A DNA stretch of 64,000 bases from Octopus vulgaris (taxonomy: Eukaryota). The notes under the pieces were generated by a model. The model was not told the DNA's origin. It saw only the letters and a program-made list of their open reading frames with translations, and did not search any database. A program made the translations under genes and the position numbers. Of this stretch, positions 28,757 through 41,769 are shown in pieces. How positions within the stretch are numbered: the stretch's first letter is position 1; each line of letters begins with the position of its first letter. The stretch spans positions 109,368,001 to 109,432,000 of the forward strand of contig OX597821.1 of NCBI GenBank assembly GCA_951406725.2, written 5' to 3'.

Positions 28757-28830
28757 GAGGATGATGAGGATGATGAGGATAATGGTGATGATGGTGATGA
28801 TGGTGGTGATGGTAGTGATAATGATGATGG

Positions 28831-28861
<31 letters not shown>

Positions 28862-29040
28862 GATGACGATGATGACGATGACGACGATGAGGATGATGAT
28901 GATGATGATGATGAAGATAATGATGATGATGATGATGAGGAGGAGGAGGAGGAGGAGGAGGAGGATAATGGTGATGATGGTGATGATGGTGGTGATGGTA
29001 GTGATAATGATGATGGTGATGATGATGACGATGATGACAA
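28640..29040. repeat. Compound (GAT/GGA/GGT)n microsatellite with internal ~65-bp duplication
   Basis: Visible directly; the block GAGGATAATGGTGATGATGGTGATGATGGTGGTGATGGTAGTGATAATG occurs at ~28774 and ~28961. Confidence 0.9.
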
Positions 29041-29079
29041 TAATAATAATAATAATAATAATAACAACAACAACAACAA

Positions 29080-29750
29080 CAGGCATGATAGAGCTGCACA
29101 ATATATTCACTGGGTAATTTGCAAAAACCTGGACTTGCCCCATGATAAAAACTGGTGGAAACACAAACTACATTGAAAATGGTCACATCTCACTCCTCTG
29201 GGACTTCACCATTCAAACTGACAGAAAGATAGATGCAAATAGGCCAGACATAATATTGAAAGACTTCAGACAAAAAACATACCTCCTCATATAACTGTCC
29301 CAATCGACATAAATGTATCTGTCAAGACCTACCAAAAGCTGAGCATGTATAAAGACCTTGAAATAGAAATTAACAAAATGTGGAACCTGAAGACTAAAAC
29401 AATACATGTTGTCATAGGTGCCCTAGAAATGATAGCAAAAAGGGTTGATTCCTACATAGCTCAGATACCATGAAACCCCAAAATGGCAGAAATTCGAAAG
29501 ATGGTGCTCATGGGAACTGTCCATATCCTACGTAAAATATTGTCTATATAATCTCAAATCTTAAAACAAACACATGATTTTCTTATGGATGCTTAAACAT
29601 TCTCGAGAATAATACTGCGTGCAAAACCAAATATATTACACGCTAGGCATAACACCAACGCGAACTTCTAACTTGCTGTCTCTTGAGGTCTTGGGGTGAG
29701 ACTTGGAGCCAACTTCTTTAAATACAAAGCAAAAGTCAAACATATAATAA
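29080..29750 (+). mobile_element. 3' fragment of R4/Dong-type RLE non-LTR retrotransposon
   Basis: RHDRAAQYIHWVICK...LWDFTIQTDRKIDANRPDIIL...YKDLEIEI (degenerate). Follows (TAA)n/(CAA)n; same subfamily as 58535-58960. Confidence 0.8.
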
Positions 29751-29751
29751 G

Positions 29752-30039
29752 GTTAGCTTGGGAGGTTAAGCACTTGTGGTCGATGAAAAACGTAGTAGTA
29801 GTAGTAGTAGTACCAATAATTGTCGGATCCCTGGGAACAGTGAGTAAAAATCTTGAGAAGTACATGGAACAAATAGGGGCTGCAATAAGGATGGAGCACT
29901 TGCAGAAAACAGACTGCTTGGAACAGCTCGAATACACCGGATGAGGCTCAAAAAATAAGAGTTGGTTCCTTAGTTCACTGGTAGTGAACAGCTGACCCAT
30001 AGTACATCTCCAGCGTTAGAAGCTGTGCAAAGATAATTA

Positions 30040-30040
<1 letters not shown>
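29752..30040 (+). mobile_element. Second R4/Dong-type 3' fragment
   Basis: RLAWEVKHLWSMKNV..VPIIVGSLGTVSKNLEKYMEQIG..EHLQKT, ending in (AAT)n. Confidence 0.7.
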
Positions 30041-30119
<79 letters not shown>

Positions 30120-30120
<1 letters not shown>

Positions 30121-30680
30121 CGCCATGATGCAGTACCAAGCAGTGGCTCTCATGGCTTCTGATCTTAAATGATTGGAAGTGTAATCGTGTACATTGTGTT
30201 GCCTTAGTGTAGAAGACGGGCTACAGCAAATATTCTGCTCAATACCACAGATTTGCTTGTCAGTAGTTTGACCATAACCAGTTGAGCATGTTCCTTAGCG
30301 GTTGACGATATGTGCATCTCTGATCACGAGCAGAAATAGTGGGGGGAACATCATAGCCTGGGGTCTGAATGATTCACTTCTGGAAACATGAATGTTTTAT
30401 TCATCATCCTTAAACAAACCTTATTCAGGGACCTTTTGAGCGGGATGGGCTACCGGATCTGAAAAAAATTCTAACTGGGCCCCACCTGTAAGATCATGCG
30501 TTGTTTATCTTGATATGAGATCAGCATGTCGCGTTCATATGGTTGTAATACATGTGCTTTGTGAACCCTTATCAGACGGGTAACTATCTGTCTGATAAGG
30601 GTATACAATGATGAGTATACTGGGCTTCGTATGTTTTACCCCAGAATTACTTTGATGACATGCACTGCTCTTCCATTCAA
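30120..30680 (+). mobile_element. ~550-bp non-coding (TAA)n-embedded interspersed repeat
   Basis: Three colinear copies (here, 46505-47010, and 55545-55627 + 58037-58440), all bounded by (AAT)n. Confidence 0.85.
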
Positions 30681-30927
30681 TAATAATAATGATAATGATA
30701 GCAATAATAATGATAATAATAATAATAATAATAATAATGGCAATAATAATAATAATGATAATAATAATAATAATGATAATAATAATAATATTAATAATAA
30801 TAATAATAATGATAATAATAATAATAATAATGATGATGATGATGATGATGATGATGATAATAATAATAATAATAATAATAATGGCAATAATAATAATAAT
30901 GATAATAATAATAATGATAATGATAGC

Positions 30928-30973
<46 letters not shown>

Positions 30974-31024
30974 GCAATAATAATAATAATGATAATAATA
31001 ATAATATTAATAATAATAATAATG

Positions 31025-31061
<37 letters not shown>

Positions 31062-31217
31062 TGATGATGATGATGATGATAATAATAATAGTAATAATAA
31101 TAATAATAATAATAATGATGATGATGGTGATGATGATAACAATAATGATGATATTAATAATAATGATGATATTAATAATAATGATAATATTAATAATAAT
31201 GATGATGATGATGATAT

Positions 31218-31273
<56 letters not shown>

Positions 31274-31299
31274 GTGATGGTCATTATGATGATGAATGA

Positions 31300-31720
31300 T
31301 TTCTTTTTTTATTAAGAGATATATACCACACAAATGCAAAGGTCCTCTGCAGAATGTGTGGGAAGAGGATCGAAACCGTGACTCAGATTGTTAGTGCTTG
31401 TGTAAAGTCTTGCGCAGAAAGAGTACTAGAGCAGACATGACAAGGTGACGCAGAGCCTTCACTGGCTACTATATCGGAAGTATGGATAAAAGATAACGGG
31501 TGCTTGGTACCAACATACACCAGAAAATGGACGGAAAGGAAAGGCAAAAGTCCTCTGAAACTTTGACTACCAGACGCACAAGGTGTTAGAACACCGAAGG
31601 CCAGACATATTAACCTTTAGGAGGAACAAGAGTGCCTAATAATAGGTGTAGCAGTGCCACGAGATCAACATATTATCATGAAAGAAAGAGAAAAGATTGA
31701 CAGGTAGATAGATTTAGCCA
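31300..31720 (+). mobile_element. R4/Dong-type 3' fragment (CCHC + RLE), degenerate
   Basis: CRMCGKRIETVTQIVSAC...RHDKV..SLHW...RRPDI remnants. Confidence 0.7.
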
Positions 31721-32152
31721 ATTCAATGAACAAACACTTCAAAAAATGGAAAAGGAATAAAGATAAAAACGAAAGTGAGGACGTTCACGGGAATTATATT
31801 AGCTTGACGTTCGGTGAGAGGAGAGATGTTTTAACGGTTCGAGCATAGGTCTTAGTCGGAAAGGAGAAGGGGAAGAGTCCAAAGAAGGAGAGGGAAAATC
31901 GCCAGGGCCTACATGTAGATACATTTCTGAAGTATATATATATATATATAGACATATATATATACACAGCGTGAGGGACAATACTTAGTAGCAATAATCG
32001 ATGCAGTTAGCCGTAAGCTAGAACATGATTGAGAGCTACAATGGTATCCGTTCGGATGATATAACCCTCTAAACTTATATTATATATATATATCGGCATG
32101 ATAGATCGTTAGCCACTACACACATTTTTTCTCTCCTTGTTTTTTCTGTGTC

Positions 32153-32190
32153 TCTTTCTGTAGAAGAGCGTAGGCTCGAAACGTAAAAGA
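32153..32190 (+). ncRNA. Minimal hammerhead-like motif (core CTGTAGA, A6U) in a (TA)n-embedded element (~32095-32287)
   Basis: TCTTT-CTGTAGA-A-GAGC(GTAG)GCTC-GAAA-CG-TA^AAAGA. Stems I and II pair perfectly. Confidence 0.55.
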
Positions 32191-32302
32191 CTTTTTCTGT
32201 TCCTGAGCGTTATACTAATACATATGTTTGTTTTGTACACCACCTGTCTTCGTCTTTTGTTGTTGTTTTTTTTCGTAAACTCTCCCTATATATATATATA
32301 TA

Positions 32303-32676
32303 CTAGCAGTATCGCCCGGCGTTGCTCAGGTTTGTAAGGGAAATAACTATAAAGCATTTTTAGAGAGTTATAGCAAAAAAATGGAAAAAAATGATGGTAA
32401 ATTTTTTTTTGAGATTTAAAAAAGGTGGAGTTGCGTCCCCTAGACAGTTTGTGGTTCGTATTCCTGATTCTCGACCCCATGTCGAATTTATCGATTTTTT
32501 TCAGAACTGGGGGAACTTTTCAAAATTTTCGCTGCGTTAGTTTTGAATTATGACATTGGGCTATGTGTGTGTCAAGTTTCATCAGAATCGGTTGAAAGCC
32601 GTGGTCAGGGTGAGGGTACAAGCAAACAGACACACAGAAACACGCACAGACAAACTGCCGTTTATATAGAGAGAGA
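32303..32676 (-). mobile_element. Non-autonomous Helitron (shared 3' end, different 5' half)
   Basis: Same hairpin+CTAG terminus as 22853 and 37788; unrelated 5' sequence. Confidence 0.75.
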
Positions 32677-33029
32677 TATATATATAAATCGTCCTAAGAA
32701 CCACAGAATCATTTCGTCTTTGGAACTACAACCACGGGGGTGGCGTGTAGTTCAGTCGTTAGGGCTTTGGAATATTGATCGTAAGATTGTGGTTTCGATT
32801 CCTGGACCACACGATGCGTTGTATTCTTGAACAAACGACTTCATTTCACGTTGATCCAGTTCACGTGGCAGCGACGGAACGGTGTCTCGTCCAATAGGGA
32901 AGAATACACGCCAGAGAATTCGTAATGTCGTCCCTATGACTCTATATCACACGAGAAAGAGGTTCATAATTTTTTTACCACAACCATAACCAAAGCAACA
33001 ATGACAGCAACAACAACACCAACAGCAGT

Positions 33030-33397
33030 AGAGGCGCAATGGCCCAGTGATTAGGGCAGCGGACTCGCGGTCGGAGGACCGCGGTTTCGATTCCAAGACC
33101 GGGCGATGTGTGTGTTTATTGAGCGAAAACACCTAAAGCTCCACGAGTCTCCGGCAGAGTGGGGTGACCTCTGTTGTACTCTTTCGCCCCAACTTTCTCT
33201 CACTCTTTCTTCCTGTTTCTTGTACCCAACTTCCTACGCAACCGCTGAGCCTGGATGCGCATTCATCCATCCGTTGATGCTCTCGGTGTCGGGATTGGCC
33301 TGCTTTCTCTTCTGCGGGTCTTACGAATAGCAAAGGACCTCGTTTCGGACTCCTCCCAAGGGACGAAGACCGCTTCGCTCAACAAACAAACAAGCAA
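33030..33397 (+). mobile_element. SINE family B, tail type 1
   Basis: Colinear with the 21080 copy; 11-bp TSD CACCAACAGCA. Confidence 0.85.
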
Positions 33398-33824
33398 TCA
33401 CCAACAGCAATAACAAAGCTAATAGCTTTCTGACAAGAATTTTATTACCATGTAAAGCCATTCAATGAACTTAATTAACCTTTAATCAAGAAGTTTTACC
33501 GCCAGAACTTCTTCCTTAACGATGCAGGCTTTTGGAGTAACATGTTTGGTATGTAACATACACGCCAAATACAAAGGTCAAGAACCAATCGGTGCAAAGG
33601 TCATCAAGCCATTACTGACCAACAGGTGTTCATAATATGTTGGCGTCTAGTCACACCTAAATGAATCTGGCAATTTAGATACATGTTGTATGAGGTGACA
33701 AGAAAAACAAATACTAAAAAAAAAACAGATTTATATGTATATATCTATAAATCCGAATTAATCTCTCTACTTCTCTAAATATCTATCTATCTATCGATAT
33801 ATCTATCTATCGATATATATGTGA

Positions 33825-33856
<32 letters not shown>

Positions 33857-34061
33857 TTATTTATATAAATGTATGTTTGTGTATGTGTATATGTATGTGT
33901 ATGTATATGTATATGTGTGCGCGTGTGAATATCTGTGTATATAAGTTACAATTATTATAAAGTTACAATTATGAATATATAAATGGCGGTGCCCCAGCGT
34001 GGCTACAAATCATCAGCTGAAATGAGTTCAATTCAATTCAATTCATATATATGTGTGTGTT

Positions 34062-34095
<34 letters not shown>

Positions 34096-34156
34096 AACAT
34101 ACACACGCATATGTATGTATCCATATGTGTATGTATGGGTATATATGTATATATGT

Positions 34157-34199
<43 letters not shown>

Positions 34200-34228
34200 C
34201 ATATACATATACATATATATATACATAC

Positions 34229-34265
<37 letters not shown>

Positions 34266-34322
34266 TATATACATATATATATATACATATATATATACAT
34301 ATATATATACATATATATATAC

Positions 34323-34392
<70 letters not shown>

Positions 34393-35287
34393 TGCATATA
34401 TGTATTTGTACATGTATGCCTACGTTTATACATATATATCTATGTATATATATATGTACAAACGTATACATATATACATACACACACACACACACATATA
34501 TATATATATTAATATTTTCTTTATGACAAATAGAACTTAATTGAATTGAAGGATTACATAATACATTATAAAGATTGCAGCGGTACATACATACATACAT
34601 ACATACATACATACATACATACATACACATACATACACACACATGCATGCATACATACATACATACACGCACATATATGTGTTGCTTTCTCTTTTTTATT
34701 TCTCTTATATGCAATACCAATTCTATCGTGAAACACCAGGTTGAATTTATTTTCTTGTGGGCATGGAGAGACCATCTCGATCTTTGTATTTGAAAAATCT
34801 GTTTGTTTTCCTTTTATACGGATTTTTCTCAGTCCTGCGTTAGGTGCAATTAACTTACTCCAGTGACTTAGTGCATCGCCAGGAAGGGGGGGGGGTCATA
34901 TCCGCTGTGCTTTTAAGCATAAGTTTGCTTGGTCAGTGCTGACATGGGAATATATAGAACAAACAGTAATCATGCAGACATTGAAACGCAAAAAACAAAA
35001 TAAGCAAAAAGGAAAACAGATACGGACACAAAATACTAATGTGATAATTTAGCTCCCAACAGATGTGAAATTGTATGCCGATATCATTGTCTGGTCATAA
35101 ATGTTATACAAAAAGCGATTCAAAGATAGAATAGATCTGAAGTCCAAGAAAAATTATACCCAAACAAATGTGCAATATCATCCACGATGTTAACATCGCT
35201 TTTTCCCTTTCTCTTTTCCTCTAGCTCTACCCTCAATTTCTCTTTCTCTCTCTCTCTTCCTCACTCGCCCTCTCTTTCTCTTTCTTT

Positions 35288-35374
<87 letters not shown>

Positions 35375-35667
35375 TATATGTATGTATGTAGATGTATATG
35401 TAGATGTATATAAACTTCAAAGGGGTCCAGAGGTGATAGAAAATAAATTGTTGAAGCGCAGTCGTGGCTTTGTAATAAGAAGCTTGCTTACTAACCGCAT
35501 GGTTCCGGGTTCAATCCCACTGAGTGGCAACTTGGAAAAGTGTCTTCTACTATAAATAACCTCGACCGAGCAAAAGTTTGTGAGTGGATTTGCTACACGG
35601 AAACTGAAAAAAGACCATCGATTATATACATATATATATATATTTTATTTTTTTATTTTTTTATTTT

Positions 35668-35905
35668 ATCTAGTTTCAGCTCACGAGCTGTGGCCATGCT
35701 GGGGCACCGCCATCTGGTGTTGCTACATGGTTTTACTTCACGAATGCTTTTTAGCAAATGCCGTTTGGTGCATGAGAGAGTTCGATGCAGCTGCCGTCAT
35801 CTGCACCTCCTGCCGTGAAGTTGGTTCATCTGGGATACCTGATTAGAAGAGATCCAGTTTCATTTTAAAGACATCTGCATCTACCCCATGCAGGTCTCTT
35901 AGGTT
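35668..35905 (-). mobile_element. 3' end of CR1/L2-group LINE
   Basis: LRDLHGVDADVFKMKLDLF*SGIPDEPTSRQEVQMTAAASNSL matches the C-terminus of the 41877 ORF, and the same 3' tail motif follows. Confidence 0.8.
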
Positions 35906-35926
35906 TTATATATATATATATATTTA

Positions 35927-35960
<34 letters not shown>

Positions 35961-35965
<5 letters not shown>

Positions 35966-36375
35966 TATTATAAAAGGCAGATTTTATCTGCCTCCCTTTG
36001 GGAGTTATACAAATCTACAATATAGGATTTCTTCAATTACAGTTTACCCACCATTTTTAAGAGTACAATGCATCGCGTCATGCCAGGTCCAGTTTTTAAA
36101 ATTTAAACTCCAATTAAGCAAAATTTACAGAAAACTCACATTCTGGTGTGTGTGTCAAATGCTTTTCTTAGTCTGGTTTACACCACACGCAAACGCACAC
36201 ACACAGTGGGCAACGAATAAAATGAAAGTAAATAGCGGACAGAGTGATTTGAGGAAGACTAAAGTGAAAGTATTCTGTCTATGACGATGATAGATACATG
36301 AGTAAAATGTATGGGAAGCTAAGAGCTAAGAGTGAGTGAAAATGTTCTTGGAAGAGAGTAATTAGTAATAAAGTA
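35961..36375 (+). mobile_element. Probable Helitron 5' fragment
   Basis: A|TCTCTTATTATAAAAGGCAG start after (TA)n, similar to the other Helitron 5' ends. No 3' end visible. Confidence 0.45.
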
Positions 36376-36432
36376 AACATACACTCATACATACATACAT
36401 ACATACATACATACATACATACATACATACAT

Positions 36433-36469
<37 letters not shown>

Positions 36470-36536
36470 TACACACACACATACATACACACACACATAC
36501 ATACATACATACATATACATACATACATACATACAT

Positions 36537-36586
<50 letters not shown>

Positions 36587-36769
36587 GAAGCTTGAGAACA
36601 ATCAGATACATTTGCAACACATCTGTTGAAAATATTATTGTTCACACACATACATATACATACATACATACAGACAGACAGACAGATAGACACACACACA
36701 CACACACACACATGATCCAGCATGGCCACAACCTCAAGGCTGAAACATATAAAAGAATAACAGAATATA

Positions 36770-37128
36770 AATGTGTGCAAAGTACAAGAAATATTAATGC
36801 AGTATATGGGGATTGGACAATAAGCGTAAGGCAGTGTCAATGGTGGTTCCAGAAATCCCGAGCCATAAACTACAGCCTAGAAGACGAGCCTCATCCTGAA
36901 AGATCTGTAGAACTCGACAAGGACACCCTGAAAACCCTGGTGGAACAAAATATCATCGTAACTGTTGAGGAACTAGCAGAGAAGCTTGGATTTGGTCATT
37001 CAACCATTCATTGACACCTGTGTGCTATCGGAAAAGTCAGCAAATTGGGTCAATGGGTTCCTCACGAACTTTCCGAGTCTAATTGCATGCAGAGAGTGAA
37101 TGTATGCTTTTCTTTGCTGTCATATCTC
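36770..37128 (+). mobile_element. Mariner transposase N-terminal fragment
   Basis: RNINAVYGD...WFQK...LEDEP...TVEELAEKLG...IH*HL..IGKVSKLGQWVPHEL (HTH plus WVPHEL motif). Confidence 0.85.
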
Positions 37129-37149
37129 ACCACTACTGCGCTATGTATA

Positions 37150-37788
37150 TCTATATATATAAAACTGTAGTTGTGTGAGTGTCTGTCCCCTTCGATTTAG
37201 ATTCCTAACTACTCCCACATTTTGCGGTACAGTTTAACCAAATTCGGGTAGCTTATAGTCGTGATTCATATCGAGCCCGTCTGAATATTAGCGCGCGTCT
37301 ACGATGAGTCTACGATTTTAAAAATAATTTAACATCATTTTTTATTCCATTTTAATGCATAATTTTTCGTGTGTCGATGGCGGCGGAGTTGGCGTCCACG
37401 CTCACATCTGCACCTGTGGGGAAGGGAGTGTAAGGAAATCAACGTCGTAATGCGTTGTCAAGGAGACCAGTGTTCTTTTAGAACAACGACTTCATGGCTT
37501 CAAGACACCAAAACAGAAATGGCTAAGAAAGCGTCTACATGAGTCTACGATTTAAAAAAAAAATTTACCATCGTTTTTTTTTCCATTTTAATGCATTTTT
37601 TCGCTATTATATAAGGGAAGTAACTCTCTAAAAATGTCTACGATGAGTCAACGATTTTAAAAAAAATTTACCATCATATTTTTTCCATTTTTAATGCATT
37701 TTTTGCTATTTTTTGGCTATAACTCTCTAAAAATGCTTATATAGTTATTTCCCTTACAAACCCGAGCAACGCCGGGCGATACTGCTAG
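37150..37788 (+). mobile_element. Non-autonomous Helitron, both ends intact
   Basis: A|TCTATATATATAAAACTG ... CCCGAGCAACGCCGGGCGATACTGCTAG|T, with no TSD. Confidence 0.85.
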
Positions 37789-38049
37789 TATATATATATA
37801 TATATATACATATATTTGTTTGTCAATATTTCTCCCTCCAACATCGATTGACAACCGATGTTGGTGTGCTTACATTACTGAAACTTAACGGTTCGGAAAA
37901 AGTAACCGATATAATAAGTATTAGGTTTATAAAAAATAAGTCCTGGACTCGATTAGTATGACTGGATCAAGTAAAAGAATAAATGAAAACTATGGAATAA
38001 AGAAATACATACTTGCGTTTACAAAGATATTTTCTCCCTCTCTCTTTCA

Positions 38050-38091
<42 letters not shown>

Positions 38092-38584
38092 CAAACACAC
38101 AGATACACTCATATATATATATATATACACGAGCGGCTTCTTTCAGTTTCCCTCTACCAGTTGCACTCACAAGGCTTTGGTCGACCCGAGGCTACAGTAG
38201 GAGACACTTGCCCAAGTTCCCACGGAACCCTGAACCATGTCGTTGATAAGCAAGCTACGTTCCACGCAGCAACACCTGCGCAGGTGCTCGCGGCTGATGA
38301 AGGGCCAACTAGCACAAAACTGTGTCAGTCCCACGATCTTGCAAGCAGATCGAGGTTAGTAGGGAATCGCTACTACTGGTAGCGATATATTGTATATAAA
38401 GATTATAGATATTGATTGCAGAACGTTGTATCGGAAACCATCTGGTTGAGAATCTGCCTGGGATTAAACTAGTAGTAACTTTCACCTGCCGCTTTGATGC
38501 GACTACTCGTTTACTGTTTGCTATTCTATCTCTTCTTTGGATTTTATATCTAGCTACTTTGCTTGTATTTTTTTTTTTTTTTTT

Positions 38585-38802
38585 TTGTACTTGTTTCAGT
38601 CATTTGACTGCGGCCATGCTGGAGCACCGCCTTTTAGAGTGGTGAAAGAGTACAGCAGGGATCACCACATCCCGCCGGAGCCTCGTGGAGCTTTTAGGTG
38701 TTTTTTTCGCTCAATAAACACACACAACGCCCGGTCTGGGAATCGAAACCGCGATCCTCCGACCGCAAATCCGCTGCCCTAACCACTAGGCCATTGCGCC
38801 TC

Positions 38803-38805
<3 letters not shown>
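38585..38805 (-). mobile_element. SINE family B head + family A/LINE tail
   Basis: Same chimeric structure as 22335-22548. Confidence 0.8.
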
Positions 38806-38900
<95 letters not shown>

Positions 38901-38971
38901 CATATATATGTAAATAAAATTATATATAATACATATATATATTTATATATATATATATATGTATATATATA

Positions 38972-39230
38972 AAGTTAATCCAAACAAGAAAGCACAAAAA
39001 AACACAACAACGCGAGGACGTCGAACAAATATAGTATTATTGGACGCTCAGGAAAGAAGGAGGGTTTAACGTTTCGAGCGGAGCTCTTCGTTGGAAACAT
39101 AGGAGAAGGAAAGATCCAGAGAAGGGAAGACAGAGGAAAAAAGATCGCCAACAGTACACAATACATATATATATATATGGTATTTGAGTACTCTTTTTTC
39201 CACCTTGTTTCACATTTATGTGTTTACTCC

Positions 39231-39280
<50 letters not shown>

Positions 39281-39445
39281 CATACATACATCCATACACA
39301 CACATATATATATATATATATATTCGAAACGTAAAACCCTCCTTCTTCCCTTCCTTCCTTCCTTTCTGAGCGTCCAATAATACTATATTTGTTCCTCGTC
39401 CTCGCGTTGTTGTTTTCTCTTTGTGTTTTCATGTTTGGATTAACT
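38972..39445. mobile_element. Inverted pair of a short Penelope-like (TA)n element with a degenerate hammerhead (39064-39098, -)
   Basis: 38972-39080 is the approximate reverse complement of 39324-39445. Motif GTTT-CCAACGA-A-GAGC(TCC)GCTC-GAAACGTT-AAAC; a related decayed copy lies at ~31740-31915. Confidence 0.6.
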
Positions 39446-39454
39446 CTCTCTCTA

Positions 39455-39490
<36 letters not shown>

Positions 39491-39635
39491 TGTATGTATG
39501 TATGTATGTATGTATGTATGTATGTATGTATGCATGCACGCATGCCTGTATGTATGTATGTTTGTGTGTATGTATATATGTATGTTTGTGTGTATGTATG
39601 TATGTTTGTATGTATGTATGTATGTATATATGTAT

Positions 39636-40635
39636 ACAGGGTGCGTAAGATATTTGAGGATAGATTTATGTTTATAAAGAAAAACTGATATGTAACAACA
39701 GACAATAACTTTATCAAAAAATGCTATGAGGATAAAAATAAACCTTCTTTTCTATAATGTTATTCCATGGACCCACCTTCAGCTTTAACTGGAGTTATGG
39801 ACGTACCTTCAGCTTCAACAGCCGCTTCTATATGAGATCTAAATTATCTACATGCTTGAATCAAGTGGTCCATTTTGGACATTACTCTGACTATGGCAAC
39901 TTTCAAAGAATGTTGATGCTATGGGTGTGTTCGTTGACCTGTCTCTCTCAACAACGCTCCACATATGATAGTCCAATGGATTGAGATCCAGAGAATTAGG
40001 AGGTCAAATGTTAGGTGTTATGTGATCGGGAAATTTTCAGTCATCCATTCCTGTGTTACTAAAGCCATGTGTGATAGTGCAGAGTCTTACTGAAACACAT
40101 ATGCCCTTCCCTTGTATACACTCTCTATCCAAGACTTACAATTGTTTCCAGGACCTCAATGTAGGCGGCAGAGTTAAGTCGACGGCCTTGTGGAAAGAGG
40201 TAAGGAGTCATCACATGTCCTTCATTGCTGATAGCCCCTAAAACCATGACAGCTGCAGGAAACTTTGTATGCATAATACGTGGAACTTCAGAAGTCATTT
40301 CTTCTATTAACTATTTGATCTTGGTCGAAGTTATTTCTCGTTTGAGAAAAACCAAATAAAATCTTCTGTTGGATTTTTCAGCTTGAGAGCCTTTTAGATC
40401 TGATGTAGTCATTTTCTTTTGCTTTTTCTGACAAATTAACCTCTCTTCATCATATAATCTGATGTCTTTGTGGACAACGTTTGTGACTGTTGCTTCTGAC
40501 ACATGAAGATCTTTTGCAATTGACCTCATGGATTTTCTGGGATTGTAATAAATGATCTGTTGAATTTGCTAGGTAAAATCAGATGTTCTGATGATTTCGA
40601 AGCGTTTAGAATGGGTTTTATGGGTTTTATGCTTT
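39636..40635 (-). mobile_element. Degenerate Tc1/mariner-superfamily (probably DD37D/maT-like) transposon
   Basis: TA|CAGGGTG end. Minus-strand PPNSLDLNPLDYHMWS and MRSIAKDLHVSEATVTNVVHKDI (HTH). Confidence 0.7.
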
Positions 40636-41069
40636 GATACATACATACATACATACATACATAGGAAGGGCTTCTTTCAGTTTCCGTTCACCGAGTTCGC
40701 TCACATGACACTGATCGACCCAAGGCGATGTTAGAAGACACTTGCCCAAGATGTCACACAGTGGGAGTGAACCCAGAACCATGTGGTTGGGAAGCAAGCT
40801 TTTTACCACACAGCCACGAGTCAGTCTGAGTGTTAAAACCACGGGGGCACTCTTACATTGCACATGATGTTAAGGTGCACCTTTTTCGTGCAAGTCTAAT
40901 GAAGTGCCACAGTAACTCTTAAAATAGCAAATATTACGTAGCTTTACGCATGGAAATTTGTGTGCAGTGATATATTCAAAATGGTAACGCAACAATTGCA
41001 GTTCGTCATTAAAAGTCAGCTAAGCTCTCGGCCGTTGGATCAAACTTCATTCTGTAACTTCTGATGATT

Positions 41070-41294
41070 TACTCTTTTACTCTTTGTACTTGTTTCAGTG
41101 ACTTGACTGCGGCCATGCTGGAGCAACGTATTTAGTCGAACAAATCGACCCTAGGACTTATTCTTCGTAAGCCTAGTGTTGATTTTATCATTCGCTTTTG
41201 CCGAACCGCTAATGTTACGGGGGACGTAAACACGCCAACATATGTTGTCAAGTGATGGTGGCGAGACAAACATAGACACATAAATACACACACA

Positions 41295-41345
<51 letters not shown>

Positions 41346-41469
41346 CTGTAAATGCACGTTTTAAGGGCTACATACTTTGTATTGTTGTTATTGGATTAGA
41401 GAAATAATGATGAGAACGGAACCAAGGGATAAGACCCTCCTCCCCGGGTATTACCAGGTACGTCAGCTA

Positions 41470-41523
<54 letters not shown>

Positions 41524-41690
41524 GACGGATTTCTTTCAGTTTTCGTTTACCAAATCCACTCACAAGGCTTTGTTCGGCCCGAGGCTATAGTAGACGACAC
41601 TTGCCGAAGGTGTCACGCGGTGGGCCTGAATCCGTAACCATGTGGTTGGTAAGCAATATACTTACCACACACAGCCACTCCTGCGCATAT
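41070..41690 (-). mobile_element. SINE family A
   Basis: Tail 41070-41285, head 41521-41690. Confidence 0.8.
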
Positions 41691-41769
41691 ATACATATAT
41701 ATATAAACACTCACACATGCTCAGCCGCCATATACATACAGGCATATATACATGTATATGTATATATAT

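Noticed and set aside
28475-31315. Poly-His/Met/Ser/Asn/Ile ORFs, superficially like His-rich or reflectin-type proteins
   Set aside because: Trinucleotide microsatellites open in several frames, with no reflectin motif or gene structure.
33030-33105. tRNA-Arg-like sequence (also 21080, 38730, 62650, 63408)
   Set aside because: SINE heads: imperfect cloverleaf, continuous with SINE bodies, flanked by TSDs.
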